A stretch of 64,000 bases of DNA from an uncultured Candidatus Brevefilum sp. (GTDB lineage Bacteria; Chloroflexota; Anaerolineae; Anaerolineales; Anaerolineaceae): NCBI GenBank assembly GCA_964558525.1, contig CAZLEK010000001.1:22443-86442 (forward strand), written 5' to 3'. The notes below the pieces were generated by a model. It was given only the letters and a program-made list of their open reading frames with translations. It was not told the DNA's origin and made no database searches. A program made the translations under genes and the position numbers. Shown one piece after another: positions 27,884 to 36,087 of the stretch (positions are counted from its first letter, which is position 1; each line of letters opens with the position of its first letter).

Positions 27884-28363
27884 CTATTTGTAATTGCTGA
27901 GGATATCCGGCACCTGGTCAGGTGTCACGTTCCCGTAGATATCATTGTCAATGATCATGACCGGGCCGACGCCGCATACCCCCAGGCAGCTGACGGTTAG
28001 TAAGGTCCATTGATCGTCTTCGCTGGTTTCGCCCTTATCCAATCCCAATTCCTGCTGTAGTTTTTGCCAAACCAGGCGTCCCCCGGCGACATGGCAGGGC
28101 GCGCTCTCACAGAACTGGATCACATGGCGTCCACGCGGTTCCGTGGAAAGCATTCGATAGAAGGTCGCCACGGAATAGATCTGGCTGGTGGGGACCTGCA
28201 TCTGCTCGCTTAATTCCTGGATGGCTTCATCGGAGATGTAGCCCAGGGCGCTGTTAATCTCGTGAAGAATGGGGATGAGTTCTGCTTTCTCACGTCCCTG
28301 TTCTTCGACAAGATCCCGCACGAGCTGACGGGCATCCTGTCCTTCCTTGACTGCAACTGACAT
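27884..28363 (-). CDS. hoxE: NuoE-like [2Fe-2S] diaphorase subunit
   Basis: CESAPCHVAG...CLGVCGVGP motifs; 159 aa; GAGGAGGA RBS. Confidence 0.88.
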   Translation of the reverse strand: MSVAVKEGQDARQLVRDLVEEQGREKAELIPILHEINSALGYISDEAIQELSEQMQVPTSQIYSVATFYRMLSTEPRGRHVIQFCESAPCHVAGGRLVWQKLQQELGLDKGETSEDDQWTLLTVSCLGVCGVGPVMIIDNDIYGNVTPDQVPDILSNYK

Positions 28364-28399
28364 AACCTTCCTCCTCTGTGTTGATTCCTTGGCGAATTT

Positions 28400-30184
28400 T
28401 CAGACAATCTCAATGGCATCATAGGGACAGAGCTGTTCACAGATGCCGCATTTAATACAAATGTCAGGGTCAATCACATGCGTCTGGCGGCGCTCACCGG
28501 AGATGGCGTCCACGGGGCAGTTCCTGGCGCAGAGTGTGCAGCCCGTGCACGGCCCGTCTTGGATTTCAAAGCGGATCAGCGCTTTGCAGACCTTAGCCGG
28601 GCAGCGCTTCTCAAAAATATGGGCTTCATATTCGTCCAGGAAATGCTCCAGGGTGCTCTTGACCGGGTTGGGAGCGCCTTTCCCCAAACCACATAGACTG
28701 TTTTCGTTGATCTGATCGCAAAGCATCCGCAGGGTGTCAATATCTTCCGGGACCCCTTTGCCTTCGCAGATGCGGGTCAGGATCTCCAGGATGCGGCGGG
28801 TGCCTACCCGGCAGGGGGTGCATTTTCCGCAGCTTTCATCCTGGGTGAACTCCATGAAAAACCGGGCGATGTCGACCATGCAGGTGTCTTCGTCCATGAC
28901 AACCAGACCGCCGGAGCCGAGGATCGAGCCGGCTTCCGCCAGGGCTTCGTAATCCATTGGGAGGTCCAGGTAAGCTTCCGGCAGGCATCCCCCCATGGGA
29001 CCGCCGGTTTGGACAGCCTTGAACCGCTTGTCTTCTTTAATGCCGCCGCCGACATCATAGATGATCTCTCTCAGGGAGATCCCAAAAGGGACCTCGATCA
29101 GGCCGGTGTTCTTGACGTCGCCAGCCATGGAAAAAGTTTTGGTGCCGGTGCTTTTTTGATAGCCCAGGCTGGCAAACCATTCGGCGCCCTTCAGGATAAC
29201 CTGCGGGACAATGGCATAAGTCTCCACGTTGTTGATATTGGAGGGTTGGTCCCATAGGCCTTTCTGCGCCGGGAAGGGCGGACGAGGGCGAGGTTCGCCG
29301 CGCTGACCCTCAATGGAGGCCATCAGCGCAGTCTCTTCGCCGCAGACGAAAGCCCCCGCACCCATGCGCACTTCAAGATCAAATGAGAAGCCGGAACCGA
29401 GGATGTCCTCGCCCAGGAGGCCAAAGCTGCGGGCCTGTTCGATGGCGGTCTTCATCGTGCGGACGGCAATCGGGTATTCCGCCCGACAGTAGATGTACCC
29501 CTGGTGGGCGCCAGCGGCATAGGCCCCAATGATCATGCCTTCGATCACGGCATGGGGGTCGCCTTCCAGTACCCGGCGGTTGGCAAAGGCGCCTGGGTCG
29601 CCCTCATCGGCATTGCAGATCATGAATTTTTGATCGCCTTCGGCAGTGCGGATAAAACGCCACTTCAGGCCAGTGGGAAAACCTGCGCCGCCTCGGCCGC
29701 GCAGGCCGGAATCCAATACTTCCTGGATGGTCTCTTCCGGGGTCATTTCAGTCAGGGCTTTGCCCAGAGCCAGGTAGCCATCCCGTGCGATGTATTCCTC
29801 AATATTAAAGGGATCGATTTCCCCGATATTCTTTAAGACGATCCGGACTTCTTTGGCCTGCGGTGCGGACAATTCTTCATCAACCACCGCTCTGGCCTCC
29901 TGGATGTATTGTTCCGCGACACGTCCTTTGAGGAAATGCTCTTCCACCAGGAAGGGAACATCATCTACCGATAAATTGGTGTAGTGAACCGCTTCAGGGT
30001 AGACCATCAGGTCCGGACCCATGACGTCAGGATCCCCGATGCGGGAGGTTTCCAGCACCTGAATCTCATCAACCAGGCCTTGTTTGACCAGCTCATCCTG
30101 AAGCGCGTCAATCAGATCGTAGGCGCCTTTTTGGACGCAGACGGGATCGACGGATACGAGGACATGTGAACGAAAATAAGCCAT
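28400..30184 (-). CDS. NuoF-like flavoprotein with a C-terminal 2x[4Fe-4S] domain (HndC/HydB type)
   Basis: Paralog of hoxF (shared GLRGRGGAGFPTGLKW, GEPRPRPP and ESCGKCTPCR blocks) with an added tail: CTGCTLCARNCP...CIKCGICEQLCP. Confidence 0.9.
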   Translation of the reverse strand: MAYFRSHVLVSVDPVCVQKGAYDLIDALQDELVKQGLVDEIQVLETSRIGDPDVMGPDLMVYPEAVHYTNLSVDDVPFLVEEHFLKGRVAEQYIQEARAVVDEELSAPQAKEVRIVLKNIGEIDPFNIEEYIARDGYLALGKALTEMTPEETIQEVLDSGLRGRGGAGFPTGLKWRFIRTAEGDQKFMICNADEGDPGAFANRRVLEGDPHAVIEGMIIGAYAAGAHQGYIYCRAEYPIAVRTMKTAIEQARSFGLLGEDILGSGFSFDLEVRMGAGAFVCGEETALMASIEGQRGEPRPRPPFPAQKGLWDQPSNINNVETYAIVPQVILKGAEWFASLGYQKSTGTKTFSMAGDVKNTGLIEVPFGISLREIIYDVGGGIKEDKRFKAVQTGGPMGGCLPEAYLDLPMDYEALAEAGSILGSGGLVVMDEDTCMVDIARFFMEFTQDESCGKCTPCRVGTRRILEILTRICEGKGVPEDIDTLRMLCDQINENSLCGLGKGAPNPVKSTLEHFLDEYEAHIFEKRCPAKVCKALIRFEIQDGPCTGCTLCARNCPVDAISGERRQTHVIDPDICIKCGICEQLCPYDAIEIV

Positions 30185-30219
30185 TGATACCTTCCAGAAT
30201 TTATTAGATTCTGTGTGTT

Positions 30220-30588
30220 TTATCCTTCAATCTGATAGTCTTTGACGATCTCACCTTCGAGAACGTGTTCTTTAATCACGCGACGGGCCATGTCGGGGTT
30301 GACTTTCCCATAGGTGACTTTTTCCTCACCGGGCTTCACAACTTGCACGATCGGCTCATATGAATCCAGGCCAATATTGCCCGTCTGTCGGACGATGATA
30401 TCGCTCAGGTTCTCGTGTTCGATCAAATCCAGGATCGCTTTGAGGGTTTCACGCGCCCCTGCCGCGATGCCGACGGTGCCCATGCCCACAATGACCTCTG
30501 TCTTTCCCGAGGTTTCTTTAAGCTGCTGTTTTTTGAGGGCTTCATCGCGAATTTTTTTGAGGTCGTCTAAAGATTTTACGTTTGCCAT
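30220..30588 (-). CDS. HndB-like thioredoxin-fold protein lacking all cluster cysteines
   Basis: 122 aa with the GMGTVGIAAGA and TGNIGLDSYEP pattern of thioredoxin-like [2Fe-2S] ferredoxins, but no Cys in the whole protein. Confidence 0.7.
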   Translation of the reverse strand: MANVKSLDDLKKIRDEALKKQQLKETSGKTEVIVGMGTVGIAAGARETLKAILDLIEHENLSDIIVRQTGNIGLDSYEPIVQVVKPGEEKVTYGKVNPDMARRVIKEHVLEGEIVKDYQIEG

Positions 30589-30605
30589 GTTTCACTCCTG
30601 TAGGT

Positions 30606-31178
30606 TTATTGTCCTGTTGCTTGTTTCGATTCAGCATCCTCGCGGACAGTATGGATGCCGGTTTCGATATCCTGGCGAATGAATTTCATCACCGCGGGTT
30701 CGGAAAGGGGCAGCCCCATCAGGGTTTCCTTGATCGGTTCGTCGTCGAACACAAAACGCTGCTGGTCTACCCGGTATTCGAAGATCCAATGCACTTCTGG
30801 CGAGCCAATGATCAGCGTTAACAATGTGCCCGTCAGATCACCCAGGGGCATGCGGTCAATGTGGCTGTGTTTGAAGGTCGCCTCGACCGTGGTCCCCTGA
30901 CCAGGTTTGGATTGAATTGTAAAGGTCCCTTCACAGGCCTCCGCGGCTGCTTTGAAAAACGGGATGCCGAGGCCCACTTTGCGGGTCGTGCGGGAGGTCA
31001 CAAAGGGATCGGTGATCCTCGTCAGAGTCTCAGCGTTCATCCCTTGGCCGTTATCCTCAATGCGGATCCTGAGCAAATCCTCTGTCAAGTTCTCTTCCAC
31101 CAGGATCCTGATTTGATCAGCGCCTGCTGAAATGCTGTTTTCAGCGATATCAAGGATATGCAGGGCCAGTTCACGCAA
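30606..31178 (-). CDS. GHKL (HATPase_c) ATP-binding-domain protein without a phosphoacceptor domain
   Basis: HILDIAENSISAG (N box), EDNGQGM (G1) and GLGIPF (G2); 190 aa. Confidence 0.75.
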   Translation of the reverse strand: MRELALHILDIAENSISAGADQIRILVEENLTEDLLRIRIEDNGQGMNAETLTRITDPFVTSRTTRKVGLGIPFFKAAAEACEGTFTIQSKPGQGTTVEATFKHSHIDRMPLGDLTGTLLTLIIGSPEVHWIFEYRVDQQRFVFDDEPIKETLMGLPLSEPAVMKFIRQDIETGIHTVREDAESKQATGQ

Positions 31179-31179
31179 G

Positions 31180-31695
31180 TCAGGATTCCTGAGATTTGAG
31201 ATCCTGGATGGTCTTTGGGAAGCGGTTGGCTTTCACGCGGCCCTGGACCTCATCATCGACAACAATCACCGGCGCCTGGCTGCATGCGCCTACGCATCGG
31301 CAGAGCTCCAGGGTGATCAATCCGTCTTCGGTGGTCTCTCCTGGCTCAATGCCGAGGATCTGTTTGGCTTTCTCAACAATCTGGTCAATGCCGGCCACAT
31401 AGCAGGCTGTGCCCACGCAGAACTTGATGGTATGCTGGCCGCGTGGGGTGGTGGTGAAGAAGGAATAAAACGACACCACGCCGTGTATACGGCTGATCGG
31501 TTCACCCAAGCCTTCGGCGACATACACCTGCATCTCTGATGAGATGTAACCGATGGCGTCTTGAATGCCGTTGAGCACCACCATCGTGGCGCCGGGTAGA
31601 TCCTTGTTCTCATCAAGGATGCGGTCTACAAGGGCCCTTTTTGTTGGGTCCAGCAGGGCCTCGTCGGTGAATGTTTTTTCTAGTGTTTTCTGCAT
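31180..31695 (-). CDS. NuoE-like [2Fe-2S] subunit (HndA/HydC type)
   Basis: CVGTACYVAG...CRCVGACSQAP motifs; 171 aa. Confidence 0.88.
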   Translation of the reverse strand: MQKTLEKTFTDEALLDPTKRALVDRILDENKDLPGATMVVLNGIQDAIGYISSEMQVYVAEGLGEPISRIHGVVSFYSFFTTTPRGQHTIKFCVGTACYVAGIDQIVEKAKQILGIEPGETTEDGLITLELCRCVGACSQAPVIVVDDEVQGRVKANRFPKTIQDLKSQES

Positions 31696-31830
31696 CTAAT
31701 GTCATTCTCCAGGTATCGCTTGAGGTTAACAGGCGCGGTGGACTGCGATTGTGAAATTAACCACAAATGAGTTTAATCCGGCTTGATGATCTGGTCAATA
31801 CACAAATGTCATATAGAACGTGGAGAATCG

Positions 31831-32631
31831 TCAATTACGATTTTTAAGCTCAAAATCGCGCTCGTTTTCCCCCTTGAACGCCATTTTTATCTCTGCAATG
31901 GTGGGTTTTTCGATCCAAAAGCGATTGGCACCTAAAAAATCCTCCAGATAATGCACATCACCGCTCTGGATGAGCGGGAAGCTGCCTAATTGGGGGTATT
32001 TTTCAACCGCATCTTCACGAGAGATATGCCGTGAGATCTCAAGCGCGATAGGGTGCGGTTCCGGCGGTACGAAACCCAAACGGTAGATCAGTCCAAAGGC
32101 CTGTCGGTCCACATGAGCCGGGATGAAGAGCCCCCCCAGGTCGGTGACGGTCTGGTAGGCGTCTTCATAGCTCAAGCGCGTGGAATTGATCAACAAGATT
32201 TCCTTTCGGCGGATAAATTCTCCGGTCTCATCAACAATAAATTGTTCTCCAAAATAATCTATCTTATTGGGAATATCAGGCAGGGTTTTGTCAACGATCG
32301 CCTGGAGGGCCTGGATCTGCTCCAGGCGATCAAATAGACACAAGCTGTGAATTTCCTCTTCGGTTTGCAGTTCCATACCGGGCAGCACAACCAGGCTGCT
32401 GCCTTCGGCTGCCTTCATCACTGCTTGAATGTTCTCGCTGGCGTTGTGGTCGGTGATGGCGATCAGGTTGATGCCCCGTGCGATGGCATTTTGTACGATG
32501 AGCGGAGGGATCATCTCCACGCCCGCACAGGGTGAAAGGACAGTGTGCACATGGAGTTCTGCCTGAAAAGTTTTCAAGATTGGTTTTCTTTGCGTCTCTA
32601 GTCTTGTGAAGCCCTTAAACCAAGCTCCCAA
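31831..32631 (-). CDS. PHP-domain metal-dependent phosphoesterase
   Basis: ELHVHT and ITDHN motifs. The start is uncertain because the track start overlaps the upstream gene by 34 nt. Confidence 0.8.
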   Translation of the reverse strand: MGAWFKGFTRLETQRKPILKTFQAELHVHTVLSPCAGVEMIPPLIVQNAIARGINLIAITDHNASENIQAVMKAAEGSSLVVLPGMELQTEEEIHSLCLFDRLEQIQALQAIVDKTLPDIPNKIDYFGEQFIVDETGEFIRRKEILLINSTRLSYEDAYQTVTDLGGLFIPAHVDRQAFGLIYRLGFVPPEPHPIALEISRHISREDAVEKYPQLGSFPLIQSGDVHYLEDFLGANRFWIEKPTIAEIKMAFKGENERDFELKNRN

Positions 32632-32948
32632 AGCCTGCCAACGGTTTCGAAGTTGTCCGCAGGTGTGGAGAGGATCGTCACGCCCTTTTGTTCCGCCTGG
32701 GTGAGGGTCTCTGGATCGGGTTGGGCGTCTTCGGTGATGATGATGGCAGACAAATCCAGCAGGGCAGCCACAGCCACAATGTTGCTGTGCGCCATGAGGG
32801 TGATCCAGAGGCCTTCCGGGCTGGCCCCAGTCATGACGCAGCTCAGCAGGTCGGAGCAGTAGCCGCTTTTGACCTGCACAGCCGACAAGTCTGTACCCTG
32901 GGTGAGAATTTCTAGGCCAAGTTGATCGATAATTTCCTGGAGGTTCAT
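32598..32948 (-). CDS. DRTGG-domain protein
   Basis: 116 aa with CSDLLSCVMTGA...LWITLMAHSNIVAVA, typical of stand-alone DRTGG proteins. Confidence 0.72.
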   Translation of the reverse strand: MNLQEIIDQLGLEILTQGTDLSAVQVKSGYCSDLLSCVMTGASPEGLWITLMAHSNIVAVAALLDLSAIIITEDAQPDPETLTQAEQKGVTILSTPADNFETVGRLWELGLRASQD

Positions 32949-32978
32949 AAGCGCTTTCTTAAATTTCTATTACGGAGG

Positions 32979-33950
32979 TTAGGCAACAGTCTGGGGGTTG
33001 TTGTCGGTGTCATTAAGGTACATGATCATATACAAATTGGTGCCGCGTTCCTGGGAAGAGATCAGACGCATTTCGTCCACGCAGCGCTTGATATTGACCA
33101 AACCCATCCCAGCGCCAAAGCCCATCTCGCGTACCTCGTTGGTAGCGGTGGAGTAGCCGGGCTTCATGGCCAGTTCGACATCCTCAATGCCAGGTCCGTT
33201 ATCATAGGCTTCCATGGTAATCTTGTGGGGTTCGATCTCCACCCGCAGGGTGCCGCCTTGATCGGTATGGATGATCAGGTTCATCTCCGCTTCGTAAACA
33301 GCGATCCCGCAGCGCCGGGCGAGTTGGGGCGCCGCGCCCAGACGTAACAGGGCGCGTTTGATATTGCTGGAGGCGTTGCCCCCGTGAATAAAATCGCCTT
33401 TTTGGATGTCATAGCGCAAGATCAGGCTGGTCCGATCGGAGACGATGTCTTCAAAGAGGTGGCTGGCACGGTAGCGGATCAATTCTTCAGCGTGATAATC
33501 TCGCTGCAGGGCAATTAACAGGCCGTTGGAGATGTCGCCTTTGGTAATGATCCCGGCCAGGGAGCCATTTGTATTTAAAACCGGCAAACGTCCGTACTTC
33601 GTTCGGTTAAAAGTCTTGAGGGCTTCCACCACCGGGTCAGACTTTCGCACCGTGGCCAGGTCGGTGCTCATATAATCTCGAACCTGAGCGGAAAGGTTCT
33701 TCTCACGCAGGGCTCGGATCAGGTCTTCAATGCTCAGGATGCCGATCAATTCATCATTTTGAAGCACCGGGGCGCCAGAAAAACGCTCCTTTTGGAAAAT
33801 GTCCAGGGCGGTTTCCATCTGCATGTCTGGGGAGAGGGAATACACCTCTTCCGTCATCACCTCATGGATGCGCAGTTCATAGGCCAGCTCTTCGGCTCGG
33901 GTGACCGTTTCGGCGCTTTTATCGGAAATGGTGGGGGTTTTGGAGGCCAT
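32979..33950 (-). CDS. CBS-pair plus SpoIIAB/RsbW-like GHKL serine kinase domain protein
   Basis: Two CBS repeats in the N-terminal half. The C-terminal half has EAEMNLIIH, DNGPGI and GFGAGMGL boxes. Confidence 0.8.
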   Translation of the reverse strand: MASKTPTISDKSAETVTRAEELAYELRIHEVMTEEVYSLSPDMQMETALDIFQKERFSGAPVLQNDELIGILSIEDLIRALREKNLSAQVRDYMSTDLATVRKSDPVVEALKTFNRTKYGRLPVLNTNGSLAGIITKGDISNGLLIALQRDYHAEELIRYRASHLFEDIVSDRTSLILRYDIQKGDFIHGGNASSNIKRALLRLGAAPQLARRCGIAVYEAEMNLIIHTDQGGTLRVEIEPHKITMEAYDNGPGIEDVELAMKPGYSTATNEVREMGFGAGMGLVNIKRCVDEMRLISSQERGTNLYMIMYLNDTDNNPQTVA

Positions 33951-33966
33951 GGGTTAAACGGTTTCC

Positions 33967-34359
33967 TCAGGCACAGTCGTCTTGGGTTTGGGTTTCCAGG
34001 CTTGGCAGGCCGGCCTGAAATAGGATGCCGCAGGCGTCATACAGGCCGTGGGTCGTGGTGACCAGGGGGATGTCCTCCTGGTTGGCCAGATCGATGGTTT
34101 CCTGGGCGGGGTTCTTGCCGCGGATGAAGATGATGGCGTGAATATCGGCAATCAGGGCGGTCCGTACGACCTGGGGGTTGCACAGCCCGGTCAGCAGGAT
34201 CGATTCCGGTTTGATTGAGGAGAGCACATCACTCATCAGGTCTGCGCCCATCGCCCCGGCGATCTCTCTGCCGTCTACAGCCTGATCTGTCAGCACTTTT
34301 CCGTTAATGAGTTGAATGATTTTGCTTAATTTCATCTTTTCCTTCTTTAATTTGATCAC
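33967..34359 (-). CDS. DRTGG-domain protein
   Basis: 130 aa with GADLMSDVL...ILLTGLCNPQVVRTA. An alternative start lies at 34335. Confidence 0.72.
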   Translation of the reverse strand: MIKLKKEKMKLSKIIQLINGKVLTDQAVDGREIAGAMGADLMSDVLSSIKPESILLTGLCNPQVVRTALIADIHAIIFIRGKNPAQETIDLANQEDIPLVTTTHGLYDACGILFQAGLPSLETQTQDDCA

Positions 34360-34669
34360 GTTTCATTTGCACCAATTTTATCCTATCATCGCCCATTACT
34401 TTACCATATGCTGAAGGTTTACAGAATATTGATGGTACAGGCTTGATCCATTTTGAGATTTGCGTCCTTGGCCGCCCCATCCGTACCACGGGGGTGGGAA
34501 GGAATTTTTTTAACTGTGCTTCAAGCTTTTGGTATTTCGGAAGGGTATCCGAAGGCTTTAGTTTTCAATGTTTGGTTAAATCAATCCGTTGAATTGTTGA
34601 TGAGCCTTCTCAACAGACAGGGTAAAATGGTAGGGTGAATCAAAACCTAAAGAAAAATTTGAGGATTTT

Positions 34670-35947
34670 ATGGCAGAAATTGTGCGCAGTGTCAAAGGAA
34701 CCCGGGATTTTTACCCTGAGAATATGGCCGTCCGGCGCTGGATGTTTGACCTCATCCGGGAGGTGTCGACACGCTTTGGCTACCAGGAATACGATGGGCC
34801 CTGTCTGGAATTTCTGGAGCTGTATGCCGCCAAGTCTGGCGAAGAGCTGGTTCAGGAGCAGTCCTTCGTGTTCGATTCCCCGGGGGATGACCGGCTGGCC
34901 CTGCGCCCTGAGCTGACCCCGACCCTGGCCCGGATGGTGGCCCAGCAGCAGTATGCGATCCCCTTCCCGATGCGCTGGTGGTCAATTGGGCCTTTTTGGC
35001 GCTATGAAAACCCCCAGCGCGGGCGCACCCGGGAGTTTTACCAGTGGAACATCGACCTGGTGGGGACGGAAAGCGTTGCTGGGGATGCGGAAATGGTGGC
35101 GATTGCTGCCTCCTTCTTTAAAGAAACCGGACTTTCACCTGATCAGGTGCGGATTTACGTTAACAACCGGCGCTTGATGGACGAAGCCTTCTCGACCCTG
35201 AAGATCCCAAAGAGCTTGCGCCCGAAGGTGTTCCGCATTGTAGACAAGCTCGATAAGCTCTCGGAAAAAGCGTGGCGCGCCTTCGCGCTAGATGCCGGCC
35301 TGTCAGAAATCCAGGTCGACGGCCTGCTAAAGCTGCTCAACAACGCTGCTTTGTGGCAGGATTCGAAGGAATTGGTGGCCTTCTTTGAGCTGATTGAGGC
35401 TTTTGGAGTGAGAGAGTACGTTGAATACAACCCCAAGGTGATCCGCGGGCTGGATTATTACACAGGGACGGTCTTTGAAGCCTTTGAGTTGGGCGGCCAG
35501 TCCCGGGCGATCCTGGGCGGCGGACGCTATGACAACCTGGTTTCAGATGTGGGCGGGATGCGCCTGCCGGGCGTCGGCTTTGCCATGGGGGATGTGGTGA
35601 TTGAGCTGGTGCTGCGGGATGCCGGGGTGATCCCTGAGCGGCTGGGGAACCAACCGCAAGTGATCGTGACTGTCTTTGACGATGAGAGCCTTCCAGCCTC
35701 TTTGGCGGCCGCCAGGGAGCTTCGGGAGGCCGGTTTCCGGGTGATAGTCTATCCCGAAGCGGATAAACTGGGCAAGCAGTTCAAATTCGCCGACCGGCTG
35801 GACGTGCCCGTGGCAGTGATTTTGGGGCCGGATGAGCTGCAGGGGGGCAGGGCGGCGGTTAAGAACCTCAAGACGCGCGAGCAGGAGACGGTTGACCGGG
35901 AGAGCCTCACCGGCCAGATCGAAAAATTCTTGCCTTCGACCCCTTGA
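34670..35947 (+). CDS. hisS: Histidine--tRNA ligase
   Basis: Class II motifs (GTRDFYPE, LRPELT, GGGRYDNL) and an anticodon-binding C-terminus; 425 aa. Confidence 0.95.
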   Translation: MAEIVRSVKGTRDFYPENMAVRRWMFDLIREVSTRFGYQEYDGPCLEFLELYAAKSGEELVQEQSFVFDSPGDDRLALRPELTPTLARMVAQQQYAIPFPMRWWSIGPFWRYENPQRGRTREFYQWNIDLVGTESVAGDAEMVAIAASFFKETGLSPDQVRIYVNNRRLMDEAFSTLKIPKSLRPKVFRIVDKLDKLSEKAWRAFALDAGLSEIQVDGLLKLLNNAALWQDSKELVAFFELIEAFGVREYVEYNPKVIRGLDYYTGTVFEAFELGGQSRAILGGGRYDNLVSDVGGMRLPGVGFAMGDVVIELVLRDAGVIPERLGNQPQVIVTVFDDESLPASLAAARELREAGFRVIVYPEADKLGKQFKFADRLDVPVAVILGPDELQGGRAAVKNLKTREQETVDRESLTGQIEKFLPSTP

Positions 35948-35974
35948 TGTGATAAAATCAGGGTCTAAAATTAT

Positions 35975-36051
35975 GGTGCCTGTAGCTCAATGGTTAGAGC
36001 GCCTCACTGTGGATGAGGAGGTTGAGGGTTCGACCCCCTTCAGGCACCCCA
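35975..36051 (+). tRNA. tRNA-His (anticodon GTG) with encoded G-1 and CCA
   Basis: Hand-folded cloverleaf: G-1, acceptor GTGCCTG/CAGGCAC, D arm GCTC/GAGC, anticodon arm CCTCA-CTGTGGA-TGAGG, T arm GAGGG-TTCGACC-CCCTT, discriminator C, CCA; 77 nt. Confidence 0.92.
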
Positions 36052-36063
36052 GAGAAGCATCGG

Positions 36064-36087
36064 AAAAAAGCCCGCCAGGGCTTTTTT
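36064..36087 (+). terminator. Rho-independent terminator after tRNA-His
   Basis: AAAAAAGCCC GCCA GGGCTTTTTT. Confidence 0.8.

Noticed and set aside
34474-34511. An imperfect GC hairpin followed by a T run upstream of hisS; its reverse complement contains GTGGTAC, reminiscent of a T-box
   Set aside because: The stem has a bulge and a G-U pair, and the T run is 7 nt away from it. The T-box-like heptamer is on the strand leading into a DRTGG gene, not an aminoacyl-tRNA synthetase gene, and lacks the rest of the motif.
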